Part shown: piece by piece, positions 7,730-18,510 of the stretch | Layout: each line of letters opens with the position of its first letter | Position numbering within the stretch: position 1 is the first letter of the stretch | Sequence record: MF360958.1 | DNA length: 64,000 bases | Reading direction: 5' to 3' (one strand) | Position numbers and translations under genes: made by a program | The notes under the pieces: generated by a model | Told to the model about the DNA's origin: nothing | The model's database searches: none | The model's input: the letters and a program-made list of their open reading frames with translations, nothing else

Positions 7730-9196
7730 ATGAGAAATAATGGATTTAATAAAAATAAAGTCCCGACAATCAACTATGTAAGTGAGCTAACAGGATCAGG
7801 AAAAACAGAATATATTATTAATAAAATAGCAGATGAAGTAACGTATGGGGATGAATATTTTCTTATAGTTACCCCTAATAGAACACTATGTGATGAAATA
7901 TACAGTCGTTTCTTTATTCTAGATAATTTCAATGATGAATGTGTGATGAATATTCATCAGAAAAGTGTAGAAAATCCTTCATCAGAACTTAAAACACGTC
8001 TAAGAAATAAAACCCGAAATGTTCTAATTACCACACATGCCTCATTCATTCTTGGTGTACGATCAACACAAATGCTTGATGACTGGAACCTCATTATGGA
8101 TGAGGAAATGTCATTGTATAAAGAGCATGAGATTAATGTAACGAAACCAACGGTTGATATCCTTAATTCAACAATCACTTACAAAGAATACGATAGTAAT
8201 TTTTATAGAATTGAAGCATCTAATGTATTATTATGGATGAATATTGCTAATGAGACAATTAAGGATAGTTTTTTACATAATAATGATTACACGGATATGG
8301 TAAAGCATGTTATGAACGATAAGTTTGTAACATTAGTCTCACAACATAACTATGAAAAGTTTGTTGAATATAATGATGAAATGGATGACAATGGTAAACG
8401 ATTCTCAAAGTTCTATGCAATGTCATTTATTAATATTGATTTTTTTAATCAATTTAAAACAGTAACCGTTATATCTTCATTCTTTGAGAAAACAATATCG
8501 TATAAGCTTTTACAAGAATTTGGTTGTAATATGAAAAAAGTGTCCGTGCCTACGTATTTTTCGAAACATCCAAATTCTGACAAAATCACATTGCATTACT
8601 TCTTTGAAAAGAATTGGAGTACCCATTTACGAAAATCTAAAGTCAATCGTCAAAAAACGATGGAAGAACTGATATATGATAAACTTATTTCTTTGATAGG
8701 TGATAAACCATTCTTGTATAATGCCAACGTAAGCTTTCGAAGTATGTTTTCTAAAGGGACATTGGCTATATCAACACATGGTATTAACCGATATAAAGGT
8801 TATTCTGAATTGGTATTCATGCCTAGTTTGAACGCAACCAGTTCAATAGTAAGTATTTTAAGCAATTTTGGGTTAAACAGGCATGATATTGATTTTTCAA
8901 GAAACGTCCTATCTGCCTACCAGTTTGTGTCACGAGGCGCTATACGCGATCTAAACAACAGTAAAGATGTCAATATCTATGTAATGGATCGAAGGACTGT
9001 TGATTTCTTAAAAACGGTATTCCCTGATGCTAAAGTTGAGTACCATGAAACTGAAATTGGACAACAGGATCAATCAAAAATACCGAACAATGTGAAAAGC
9101 TTTATCTCTCGTGTAAAGAAGCGTCTCAATAATGGGGATACGATACGTGATAAAACATTAACCAAGTATAATCATTATTTAGAAAAGTATTATTGA
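7730..9196 (+). CDS. Divergent SF2 helicase-like protein (possible origin-binding/replication type)
   Basis: LTGSGKT (I), IVTPNRTLCDE (Ia), ITTHASF (Ib), LIMDEE (II), YQFVSRGAIRD (VI). Confidence 0.65.
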   Translation: MRNNGFNKNKVPTINYVSELTGSGKTEYIINKIADEVTYGDEYFLIVTPNRTLCDEIYSRFFILDNFNDECVMNIHQKSVENPSSELKTRLRNKTRNVLITTHASFILGVRSTQMLDDWNLIMDEEMSLYKEHEINVTKPTVDILNSTITYKEYDSNFYRIEASNVLLWMNIANETIKDSFLHNNDYTDMVKHVMNDKFVTLVSQHNYEKFVEYNDEMDDNGKRFSKFYAMSFINIDFFNQFKTVTVISSFFEKTISYKLLQEFGCNMKKVSVPTYFSKHPNSDKITLHYFFEKNWSTHLRKSKVNRQKTMEELIYDKLISLIGDKPFLYNANVSFRSMFSKGTLAISTHGINRYKGYSELVFMPSLNATSSIVSILSNFGLNRHDIDFSRNVLSAYQFVSRGAIRDLNNSKDVNIYVMDRRTVDFLKTVFPDAKVEYHETEIGQQDQSKIPNNVKSFISRVKKRLNNGDTIRDKTLTKYNHYLEKYY

Positions 9197-9256
9197 AATT
9201 TCATTTAAATAATAGTAAACTGTTGTCAAATAGTATTTGAAAAGGAGGAATAAGCG

Positions 9257-9496
9257 ATGGGTAAACGCAAAAACAAACAGAACAAGTCTAATAATAAAAA
9301 CAAAAACCAAAACATACAGAATTTTGTAGCCAAACATGCCAAAAAGGTTAATAAAGCCGAACCTTTTACTGATAGAAAGAAGGCTATGAAAAAAGGCTAC
9401 AGTAAACATAAAAAATCCCCTAAAAATGGGGATTTTTTTATTATGGCATATCATGTTGACTTTCATATGTTGTTTGATAAACTTAACTCAATATAA
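9257..9496 (+). CDS. Small basic protein of a conserved phage type (VAKHA..NKA..F.DRKKA.K.GY.KHK)
   Basis: AGGAGG RBS; Lys/Asn-rich; recognisable motif. The 3' end runs through a terminator hairpin. Confidence 0.65.
   Translation: MGKRKNKQNKSNNKNKNQNIQNFVAKHAKKVNKAEPFTDRKKAMKKGYSKHKKSPKNGDFFIMAYHVDFHMLFDKLNSI
9411..9437 (+). terminator. Intrinsic terminator
   Basis: aaaaatcccc-taaaaat-ggggattttt followed by T-run. Confidence 0.7.
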
Positions 9497-9527
9497 ATGA
9501 GTATAAAGTACAATAAGGTTTTTAAAT

Positions 9528-11942
9528 ATGAAACTAATACCTAATCGTTTTGTAAAGTTAAAAAACGTCACTCCTTTTGATATTCTTACGTTTTACACGC
9601 TTGAGCTTGAAAATGATCAACATCCATTCCCCAAATCTTCACATAATGAATATTCTAAAATTACATATGTTGATAACGAAAGCGATATTAGAATTAAACA
9701 ATATAGTCTATATGAAACTATATTGAAACCAATCTATGATAGTTGTTTTTGGAACCTTGATAGTATCAAAACTGTCAAATCTAATATTGATAATGGAAAA
9801 AATCTTTGGGAAGGTATCAAATTTTATCATATAAATGATACGGCCACTGATGATCAATTTATCCAGCATTCATATTCCTATGAAGATGGTTTTAATGATT
9901 ATTACACAGCGAGGTATCTTTCTAAGGTTCATAGTGAATTAGATTCTATTAAAATATGCAACTTATTTCATGATGGCGACTATTCTTTCATTAATAATAC
10001 AATTGAACATATTGACAATATAAAGAATAAAGATTTCTCTCAGGGAGATCCTCATGAAACAGTAAAAGATGGTTTATTAATACACCATTATAGCAATAAT
10101 ATAAAAATGCATAATAACAATGTATTAAACTACAATTATAATGTTTTAATTGATTCATTTGATGATATAGAGAATCAGTTATTTCCAGTTGAAAGCATTA
10201 TTGAATGTTCTTCATTCAGTGCATTAAGCAGTAATGCATTTAAACAGGTTATCAAATATCTTTATGAAAAGAATAGTAATAATTTTGATATGTTAAACAA
10301 CGATACGGCTGTTCATAAAGATTACCCAAGCATGTTCTGTGAGAACAGCAACCTTTATCGTTCATACATTCGTTCTCAGGATGATAACAATGTTTTGAAC
10401 ACACTGTACCATGATGCATCAATTATTGATTCGATGATTGAACGAGTTACCAGTATTGATTTGATAAGTCGCAAATGGCAATCAATAGATAGTAAAGAAA
10501 CGTTTGAAAAATATATTGATCAGTGCTTTGTATTTTGTAAAAATACTATTGAAAAATTCTTCAATATTCATATTGATATGAAGGATGACTATCAAATCGG
10601 TTTGATTGGAAAATTAGTATTTTGGTTACTGAATATATATTATTCCTTCAATGAAACCCATGTTGAGCATTTTTTCAATGTTCCTTATTTAAATCAGTTT
10701 AGTGATGAGAATTTTGAAATGCCTCTAATTATACTACGAGGGTATAATATTACTTACACAATGAGTGTTGATATTAGTGAAGAGTTCAGGTACACGAATC
10801 TTAAACAGTTTTCAAAGTTAACCGGTTTTGATAAAGACTACAAAAGGATGGAACGTAACGAATTATATAAAAATAGCAGTAATGGAGAATATTTGTATAG
10901 TTTTCAGGCAGAATATGAAGGCGATTTTAATTCATCCAATACCAATACTATTCAAGATAAAAATCTCTACGATGAGGTATTAGCAAATACTCATGAAAAT
11001 ATCAGTGAAAATATTAAAATGATGATTGCATTTGATTATGCAATTAATGATTTTTCAAAAGACAATATTGTTGATTTTAATGATTTTGAATCCATTCTAG
11101 ATTCTGAAACGTTTAAAACTATAATGAATAAAAGCATTCAGCAATTATATGATGAAGGTTATAGAAAGACTATAAGCCTTAATAGTTGTGAACCGCATGA
11201 TGCTCTCACGCCCGGTGATATTAAAAGAGATGCAATAGTGTATTCTCAAAGCGAAGAAGGTGATAAACGAAGTTACCGTATACCTTATGATAACGGTATT
11301 AACCCAAACGATCCTAAAGAATGTGTATATGATCTTGTTTCAACATGCAGTTCATTATGCGATATTATCTTTTATAATATTAAAATGAACGTTGTTGATG
11401 AATTTATTAATGATTTTATTATAAATAAAGAACATATCAATGAAATAGAAAACTATAATCCTATAGAACATCTGGTAGTAGATGGTTCTAGAGAGTATAA
11501 TGTTTCAGCAATACTATCTCTTAATAAATTAGTTAATCAAATGTTTATAGGTAATATTGTCATTAATAAAACAATGGTAGATGATATTAATATGAATGTA
11601 TCTTACTTAGTTAATTTCTTAAAACATACAACAGAAGTTGGGAATGAATTTTATTTTGTATTTGATAGTGTAGAATATTTTAAAAAATTCACATCTCTCA
11701 TAAAAGTGATCTTTTATGGTTTAGATCATTATCTAGGGAATCGTAAAACTTATCATGATTTAGAAGATGTTTCTGAAGCAACACATATTACATCATTATT
11801 TGATAAGAAAATACGACTATTGATGAAGTATAAAAAACACAATAACCGTTTCAAACTTCAGTATAATGTGGATGAAACGCAAAAAGTGTTTGAAAAGCTC
11901 TTTCAAGAATCACGGCAAAGAGATATTTTTACAAATTATTAG
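9528..11942 (+). CDS. Large hypothetical protein (804 aa)
   Basis: Long ORF; upstream TTGACT-N16-TAAACT at 9456-9483; no recognised motif. Confidence 0.8.
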   Translation: MKLIPNRFVKLKNVTPFDILTFYTLELENDQHPFPKSSHNEYSKITYVDNESDIRIKQYSLYETILKPIYDSCFWNLDSIKTVKSNIDNGKNLWEGIKFYHINDTATDDQFIQHSYSYEDGFNDYYTARYLSKVHSELDSIKICNLFHDGDYSFINNTIEHIDNIKNKDFSQGDPHETVKDGLLIHHYSNNIKMHNNNVLNYNYNVLIDSFDDIENQLFPVESIIECSSFSALSSNAFKQVIKYLYEKNSNNFDMLNNDTAVHKDYPSMFCENSNLYRSYIRSQDDNNVLNTLYHDASIIDSMIERVTSIDLISRKWQSIDSKETFEKYIDQCFVFCKNTIEKFFNIHIDMKDDYQIGLIGKLVFWLLNIYYSFNETHVEHFFNVPYLNQFSDENFEMPLIILRGYNITYTMSVDISEEFRYTNLKQFSKLTGFDKDYKRMERNELYKNSSNGEYLYSFQAEYEGDFNSSNTNTIQDKNLYDEVLANTHENISENIKMMIAFDYAINDFSKDNIVDFNDFESILDSETFKTIMNKSIQQLYDEGYRKTISLNSCEPHDALTPGDIKRDAIVYSQSEEGDKRSYRIPYDNGINPNDPKECVYDLVSTCSSLCDIIFYNIKMNVVDEFINDFIINKEHINEIENYNPIEHLVVDGSREYNVSAILSLNKLVNQMFIGNIVINKTMVDDINMNVSYLVNFLKHTTEVGNEFYFVFDSVEYFKKFTSLIKVIFYGLDHYLGNRKTYHDLEDVSEATHITSLFDKKIRLLMKYKKHNNRFKLQYNVDETQKVFEKLFQESRQRDIFTNY

Positions 11943-11963
11943 AGTTTATGAACAGTATGTCTA

Positions 11964-12158
11964 TTAGAATTGACCTCCCATAGACATACTGTTCATTTCC
12001 ATTTTCTTTTTAAGTGATTCAATGACATGTTTCTTTTCGGCCCCTGATAATGTCCATGCTTCCTCATAACTTATAGAACCATTAGAGAACATCACAATAT
12101 AGGAAATGTCTTCTTGATATTGTGATTCCGTTTCTGGATAACGGTCAATCATGGACAT
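11964..12158 (-). CDS. Small tail/baseplate assembly ORF; probably the -1 frameshift extension of the upstream gene
   Basis: ISYEEAWTLS..E motif as in P2 E'/lambda T-like extensions; its frame stays open back to the slippery site at 12194-12200. Confidence 0.65.
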   Translation of the reverse strand: MSMIDRYPETESQYQEDISYIVMFSNGSISYEEAWTLSGAEKKHVIESLKKKMEMNSMSMGGQF

Positions 12159-12178
12159 AATTTCTTCCGGCTCAGCTA

Positions 12179-13105
12179 TCAGGAGCCATTTTCGAAAAAA
12201 TCTGTTAGATTAATATCGAAAATTTGATTCCATTCATGTCCACATTCTTGACATGTAATGGTTTCGGTATCATCGAGTCCTTTATTATTAATCTCGGAGA
12301 TCTTGTCTTTAATGCTCATATAACTATCGGTGTCGAGATCGTACATCCATTGAACAATTTCATCATAATCGTCTACGTATTCATCAACACCTTCATTGTC
12401 GTCTTTAACATGGACATAGAGGATATTTTTTGCATACGTTTCAATTGCTGATTGAGACATGTCTTTAAAGACTTCTCCGAGCATTCCATAGAATCGTGTT
12501 TTTTGATCTTCAAAATCTTCACTCTCAAATTCTTCTTCAGTGAGGTTATTGATTTTGTTTTCAATTTCGCGTAAGCGTTTTCTTTCTTTGAAATGCTGGT
12601 TGTCTACATCAATATGTTCTTCATAAAGACTTGGACGTAAATATACTGTTAATAATGTGGATTCGTCTTGGCTTAATTCAACAGTATATTGTTCATCAAG
12701 TGTATCAATGCTATTGAGGATTTTGTCTAAATCGCGTGTATATTCAAATTGATGACCGCATTCTTCGTTAGGGCAAGTAACGCTGAAGTTATAAGTAGTA
12801 CTACTATTAGACGCCATTTTGATACCTACAAGTAATGCGTCTACATCTGATTTAATAAGTTTCTTGGGATTAATGTTGAGTGTAGTACAATCTCGAATGA
12901 GACTTTCTACCGCAGAACCATTAATAATAGATTCTGGATTTTTTAGTTCAAGCTCATTCATAGTTGTCATGGGCATAACCCCAACTTCTCCTAGAATGCT
13001 AAGTTCTTCACTTTTATCGATATCACCTTCATTATAAAAATTAAGTTGTGAAGGAAGTGTGAAATAAAACTTAGGTTTGCGGTAATATTTCTGAAGTGCA
13101 GACAT
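12179..13105 (-). CDS. T4 gp26-like baseplate hub / tail assembly chaperone
   Basis: LQKYYRKPKFYFTLPS N-terminus, PMTTMNELELKNP, CPNEEC and CQEC zinc-knuckle pairs, C-terminal DFF; CATAAATA late box at 13154-13161 (minus strand). Confidence 0.7.
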   Translation of the reverse strand: MSALQKYYRKPKFYFTLPSQLNFYNEGDIDKSEELSILGEVGVMPMTTMNELELKNPESIINGSAVESLIRDCTTLNINPKKLIKSDVDALLVGIKMASNSSTTYNFSVTCPNEECGHQFEYTRDLDKILNSIDTLDEQYTVELSQDESTLLTVYLRPSLYEEHIDVDNQHFKERKRLREIENKINNLTEEEFESEDFEDQKTRFYGMLGEVFKDMSQSAIETYAKNILYVHVKDDNEGVDEYVDDYDEIVQWMYDLDTDSYMSIKDKISEINNKGLDDTETITCQECGHEWNQIFDINLTDFFENGS

Positions 13106-13259
13106 ATATATTTTCCTTAGTATAGTCAGTTAATAGTTTGAATTGTCGTATTCTATTTATGTTAGTTATAAAGTCCTCTTAAATCATTTTAATAATATTC
13201 ATGATTGAGTCTTATCATAAATACTAATAAATATAATGATATCAGGAGTATGATTTAAT

Positions 13260-16200
13260 ATGGCTGAAAATACCTATTTAACAGGCGCGTTTTTTGATAA
13301 TAATATGCCTCAATGGGCTACTGAAGAAACACTGTCACGCCTTAGTCAACAAATAAAAAGCTCTAATAACCTTTCCAATAATCAACAAAATAAAATTATT
13401 AATCTATTACAAGGTATTTCTCAGAGCTTAAAATCTGGTGATGAAAAGAAAATGCTTGAAGAAATGGAGAAATTTAATAAATCCATAGAAAAAGCACGTT
13501 CTGATATTACGGATCAAAATAAACAATCCACTAAAGAAATAACCAGTCATATTGATAAACAGACTCAATCTATCGATAAGCAAACAGAAGCTATCGAAAA
13601 ACAAACGGATGCTATTAATCGTCAGAGCAAAACCATTGAATCTCAGGATGATGGTTCAGGCGGACCATCACGCCAATCTGGAAAACCTCAAACAAGTAGT
13701 TCTGAAGGAATTCGTAGTAAAGATATTCAAGAACTTTCAGAAAGCGTTAATACAAATATAAAAAGTGTTAATAAAACTCTTTCTGACTTTCATGGATCGT
13801 TTATTAATATTTCAACACAATCACTTAAAGCAACACAAGGTACCAAAGAAGCAATGTTTTCTAAAGAGGGGTCCAGTGGCGGTAGTAGTACTGAGGGGGA
13901 TACTAAATTAAGCATTGAAAAACAAATTCAGGAAGGTAATGAGGGAGAATATGAACAATACTCTCCTAATTATAAAAAGCAATCATCTGGAAAAGATAAA
14001 AAACAAACTAATAAACAGTCCAGAGAACCAAATTCATCCTTGTCGGAACTTACTGATAATATAGCAGATACTAATGATAATATCCGAGATATTATTGATT
14101 TACTTAAAGAAAAGGATTCCCAGCGAACTGATGGTGATGCTCCTGCTATAGGAGGCGATCAAACTGATGAACGTATAAGACAATTTGGGCATCAAGCGCG
14201 TAATCAAAGAAGTTTAATGCGCCGTGGACGTGAAAAGATAGATAGAACAAAACACGCTGGTTCAAAAATAAAACAAACTGTTAATATGTTAGACAGTACC
14301 TTGGGAAAATTAATAGCGCCACTTACTGTTTTTAGTACTGCATTATCAGGTTTGACTGCTTTAAAAGCTGCTTTTGAAGCTACTACTGATATTGTATGGA
14401 CAGCTCAAAAAGAAGTTTATAATGCAATGCATGAAACAGGTGTATCGTTCACGACATTTAATACTAATCTTCAAAATGTTGAAGATGATATACGTATGGA
14501 TGGTATTCGTTTACGTAGAATGATTGGTGAAGCAGGAATTCTTGCAGAACAAGGTATTGATATCATTAAAAAGAATACTGTTCTTATGAATCGAATGGGC
14601 ACTCAAGGGTTTTTTGGTGCTATTGAAAATATTGCTGGTGATGCCAAAGATATGGAATCTTTCATGAATCAAATGATGTTATCTCGTGAACAAATAGCTA
14701 ATTTCACAGCGGAATATATGTCTTCTTTAATAAAAGTTGGTGGTCAACTTAGGATGAATGAAAAAAATCGTCAAGAATATCTCCAGCAATTCATTAAAGA
14801 TGCATCTGCTTTTGGTCGTGTTGTTGGTAAAGGAATGGATGCTATAACAGAACGTATTAGTGAAATGCGTGATGATGATCGTTCTCGATTAATGCAAATG
14901 AAGTTTCAAAATGATCCCGAAAGAATGAGAAGATTTGAAAAGACGAGTGCTTTTTTAACCAGCCTTAATGTTGGTGAAGATGTTAAAACAGCATTTGAGG
15001 ATGCTTTATATGACCCAAGAGGTATTGGTTTGCGTGTAACGGAAATGGGTCAGAACATAATGAATACTATGCACCGTCTTAATGTTGGAGGTGCTGGAAG
15101 AGATATCAATGAATTAATAAAAGGTATTCAACAAGGTGATGTTGATCAAAAACAATTTGCTAAAGAACTTCGTGGTATTCGTGAATCGATAGTTAATAGT
15201 GAACAACCACAAGAAGAAATTAATGCTTTACTTTCAAGCGGTGATCCACAAATGCGTCGTGCTGCTCAATTAATAACCGGTATAAAACAAATTAATGATA
15301 AAATGCTTGAAAAAATTGAAAAAGGTGAAGTAATGCCTTCTGAGGCATTTAGTAATCTTACTCAACAACAAAAGCTAGCAAAGTCTGCCATTGAAGCTAC
15401 GAAAGCACAACTTGAAGAAGAAAAAGCGAAAGCGTTTGATACAGATGGTTCTCGTGAAGCAGCTGTGCGTTCGTTTGAAGCTGGTGTTGCAGCAACAGAA
15501 ATAACTAATAAGATAGCACATTATGTAAGTTCTATTGCAAGTGTGGTTCTAGACACATTACCTACAATATTAGATTATATAGAATCAATATATAATTTAT
15601 TGCCTTGGGTAGATAGTGCTGAAGAAAAGAAACAACAACAGTATTATGAAAAAGCTACTTCGGAAAATAAGGATTTAGCAGGTTCTATTAAGGCAGGAAC
15701 TAAAGCTGACAATTTTACTGAATATGGGTTTGAAAATGGTCATAATAAAAATGAACAAAAAAATGAAGCATTAAAAGAATCAACAAAAAATAATTTGGAA
15801 TTATTAGCTCGTGCTAAAGAAACAAATCCAAGTTCTCAGGTATGGGAAATGCTTCGCGAGAGAGGATTAAATGATTATGAAATAAAAGATCAAATTGAAC
15901 AAGTTCCTGAACTTATGAAAATGGCGGGTGAAAAATACGGAGAAGAATTTGTTAAAAAAATAGAGAGAAGTGCAAAACATTACAAAAAAATAGCAGATGA
16001 ACGTCAACAGCAACGGTATAAGGAAGATCTTGCTGATATGACTTCCAAACAATTAAGAAGCGAAATGGAAAAATTAAATTTACAGAAAACTAAAACAGAA
16101 GCAAAAGCGGCTATTCCAGAAGAATTTACAACGATAGGTAAAAATTCAAATAATGCCGGTGATATTCAATCGACCGCTAAAGAAAGACTGGAAGAACTTG

Positions 16201-16484
16201 AAAAACGCACTAAAGCTGTTGAAGATAGTTTAGAAAAACAACGCCAAGATAAGATTGATGAATTCAACAAAAAAGCACCCGATGCACTCAAGGAAAAATT
16301 AGGTGGTGAAATCACTCAAGATATGGTTAAAAATAATAATCTTGACGTAGAGAAGAAGACTGATACTATTGAAAGTAGTAAAAATATTGAAGATAGTAAA
16401 GATAGAAAACGAATGATTGAATTACTTCAAGAAATTGCTCGTAGTACGAGAAATACAGAAAATAACACACAAGACAATATCTAA
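13260..16484 (+). CDS. Tape-measure-like tail protein
   Basis: 1074 aa, largely helical/coiled composition, N-terminal WATEETL motif, divergent from the gp26-like gene, late box at 13216-13223. Confidence 0.55.
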   Translation: MAENTYLTGAFFDNNMPQWATEETLSRLSQQIKSSNNLSNNQQNKIINLLQGISQSLKSGDEKKMLEEMEKFNKSIEKARSDITDQNKQSTKEITSHIDKQTQSIDKQTEAIEKQTDAINRQSKTIESQDDGSGGPSRQSGKPQTSSSEGIRSKDIQELSESVNTNIKSVNKTLSDFHGSFINISTQSLKATQGTKEAMFSKEGSSGGSSTEGDTKLSIEKQIQEGNEGEYEQYSPNYKKQSSGKDKKQTNKQSREPNSSLSELTDNIADTNDNIRDIIDLLKEKDSQRTDGDAPAIGGDQTDERIRQFGHQARNQRSLMRRGREKIDRTKHAGSKIKQTVNMLDSTLGKLIAPLTVFSTALSGLTALKAAFEATTDIVWTAQKEVYNAMHETGVSFTTFNTNLQNVEDDIRMDGIRLRRMIGEAGILAEQGIDIIKKNTVLMNRMGTQGFFGAIENIAGDAKDMESFMNQMMLSREQIANFTAEYMSSLIKVGGQLRMNEKNRQEYLQQFIKDASAFGRVVGKGMDAITERISEMRDDDRSRLMQMKFQNDPERMRRFEKTSAFLTSLNVGEDVKTAFEDALYDPRGIGLRVTEMGQNIMNTMHRLNVGGAGRDINELIKGIQQGDVDQKQFAKELRGIRESIVNSEQPQEEINALLSSGDPQMRRAAQLITGIKQINDKMLEKIEKGEVMPSEAFSNLTQQQKLAKSAIEATKAQLEEEKAKAFDTDGSREAAVRSFEAGVAATEITNKIAHYVSSIASVVLDTLPTILDYIESIYNLLPWVDSAEEKKQQQYYEKATSENKDLAGSIKAGTKADNFTEYGFENGHNKNEQKNEALKESTKNNLELLARAKETNPSSQVWEMLRERGLNDYEIKDQIEQVPELMKMAGEKYGEEFVKKIERSAKHYKKIADERQQQRYKEDLADMTSKQLRSEMEKLNLQKTKTEAKAAIPEEFTTIGKNSNNAGDIQSTAKERLEELEKRTKAVEDSLEKQRQDKIDEFNKKAPDALKEKLGGEITQDMVKNNNLDVEKKTDTIESSKNIEDSKDRKRMIELLQEIARSTRNTENNTQDNI

Positions 16485-16532
16485 CAGTTTTCATTTCATA
16501 AATAAAACAATAATCAATGGGAGCTTATATTA

Positions 16533-18227
16533 ATGAGTTGGAAAAAGAAATTTAATACTATAAAAATTAAACCCCGTGAAAAAGAACAAGAAGAATCCCG
16601 CTCAAGCGTTGATTTTAACCGAAATAAATCTTGGCTTCCTGAGTTCTATCAAGGTTCTTATGATCGTGTTGCACGTTATATGCAATATGACCATATGGAT
16701 TATGATATTGACGTTAACATGGCTCTTGATACTATTTCTGAATTTTCTACATTAACAGAAGATGAAAGTCAGATACCATTTGAATTAACAGTATCAAATA
16801 ATATTAATAGCGGTGATGTTCAAATACTTAATGAATATCTAGCAAAATGGTGTCGTATCAATGATTGGAATTCACGTATATTTGATCTTTTCAGAAATAC
16901 TATAAAATATGGTGATCAAATCTTTGTTCGTGATCCTGAAACGTTCGAACTCTATTGGGTTGATGTTTATAACGTCAGTAAAGTCCTAGTAAATGAAGAA
17001 GAAGGTAAAGATCCCGAATTCTATTTTGTTAAAAATCTTTCTTTGAATATGCAACAAATGGTTGCAACAAGCGAATCAGAGTTTTTAATGGATATTCCTC
17101 TTGCTGGTGGTGCTAGAAAGAGTAAACAATTTACCAATAATCAGTCAATGTACAGTTTTAATGATGATTCCTATGGTTCTAGTGGTATTCAGGAAGATAA
17201 AGAATTCCCTGTATCTGCAACTCATGTTGTCCACGTTTCAAGAACTAATGGTATGGATAATTTATGGCCATTTGGGCGTTCAGTACTTGATTCAATCTTC
17301 AAACCTTTCAAACAAAAAGAACTATTAGAAGATGCGATTATTATATATCGTGTTCAGCGTTCACCAGAACGTCTCCTATTCAAGATTGATACAGGTACTA
17401 TGCCACCTAATAAAGCAGATAAATACGTAGAACAGGTTGCAACAAGACTTCGCCAAAAGCGTGTTCCCATTGTAGATACAGAGAAAGGCGAAACGCTTAT
17501 GGATACCACTTACAATCCACTTGGTATGACAGAAGACTTTTTCTTTGCACAAGGCGCTGATGGTCGTGGTTCATCTGTTGAATCACTCCCCGGTGGGGAA
17601 TCTACTGGCAGCATTGAAGACCTCAAATTCTTCACATCTCGTATGATTCGCGGTCTACGTGTTCCAATTGCTTATATGTCCTATCTTACAGAAGATGGTC
17701 AAACGCATCAATACAATGATGGTAAGGTTGGTACAGCTTATATGGAAGAATTCAAGTTCTCCAAATACTGTGAACGTTTACAACGTGAAGTTATTCGTTC
17801 ACTAAATCGTGAATTCAAGCTTTATATTAAAAACAATGATATTGATATCAGTTCTTCTGATTTTGATATTAAACTTCGTAAACCACAGAGCTTTAGTGAT
17901 TATCGTCAGATTGAACTGGATACCGCACAATTGGCAGTATTCCAATCTGTAGCTGACGTAGAATTCCTATCTAAGCGATTCGTTATGCAACGATTCATGG
18001 GTCTAACTGAAGAAGAAATTAAAGAAAACGAACGTATGTGGAAGGAGGAAAACAAGTTCAAGGTTGAATTCCAACGTACTGAACTTCCTGATACAAACGT
18101 AAGTGTTCCTTCTGAAGAGGATATTGAAGATACGGAAGAAGATGAAATGAATATGGATATTGAAGGTGGTGAAGGAGAAGGAGATGAAGAACTCGGAACT
18201 GATGAAGATCTTGATCTAGGATCATAA
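16533..18227 (+). CDS. gp20: Portal protein (T4 gp20-like)
   Basis: RY..Y..MD...DV..A, LLEDAIIIYRVQRSPER..F.IDTG.MP..KA, EDFFF...DGRG..V..LPGG, F..R..RGL.VP; acidic tail. Confidence 0.95.
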   Translation: MSWKKKFNTIKIKPREKEQEESRSSVDFNRNKSWLPEFYQGSYDRVARYMQYDHMDYDIDVNMALDTISEFSTLTEDESQIPFELTVSNNINSGDVQILNEYLAKWCRINDWNSRIFDLFRNTIKYGDQIFVRDPETFELYWVDVYNVSKVLVNEEEGKDPEFYFVKNLSLNMQQMVATSESEFLMDIPLAGGARKSKQFTNNQSMYSFNDDSYGSSGIQEDKEFPVSATHVVHVSRTNGMDNLWPFGRSVLDSIFKPFKQKELLEDAIIIYRVQRSPERLLFKIDTGTMPPNKADKYVEQVATRLRQKRVPIVDTEKGETLMDTTYNPLGMTEDFFFAQGADGRGSSVESLPGGESTGSIEDLKFFTSRMIRGLRVPIAYMSYLTEDGQTHQYNDGKVGTAYMEEFKFSKYCERLQREVIRSLNREFKLYIKNNDIDISSSDFDIKLRKPQSFSDYRQIELDTAQLAVFQSVADVEFLSKRFVMQRFMGLTEEEIKENERMWKEENKFKVEFQRTELPDTNVSVPSEEDIEDTEEDEMNMDIEGGEGEGDEELGTDEDLDLGS

Positions 18228-18239
18228 GGAATAAAAATT

Positions 18240-18458
18240 ATGAATGTTGATGATTTAAATGATAACAGTAAAGATAAAAAAGAAGAAGAAAATAAATATG
18301 TAAAAACCAAACGCGGTGCCCGTTTAACTATGGGTCATTTGCTTAAACTACGTCGAGTTAAAGAAGAAAAGAAATTGTCTAAATTAAAAGATTTAGAGTT
18401 GTATTATGTCATGTACGGTCCCGGAGGGGATGGTGGCGATGAAGGTGGCGGTTTTTAA
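18240..18458 (+). CDS. Small conserved head-module protein
   Basis: RLTMGHLLKLRR..MYG motif, directly after the portal, with GGA RBS. Confidence 0.7.
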   Translation: MNVDDLNDNSKDKKEEENKYVKTKRGARLTMGHLLKLRRVKEEKKLSKLKDLELYYVMYGPGGDGGDEGGGF

Positions 18459-18480
18459 CTAGTTAAAAATAATACGTTTT

Positions 18481-18510
18481 AAAAGGGGATACTTCGGTAT
18501 CCCCTTTTTT
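18481..18510 (+). terminator. Intrinsic terminator
   Basis: aaaaggggatac-ttcg-gtatccccttttt. Confidence 0.9.
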
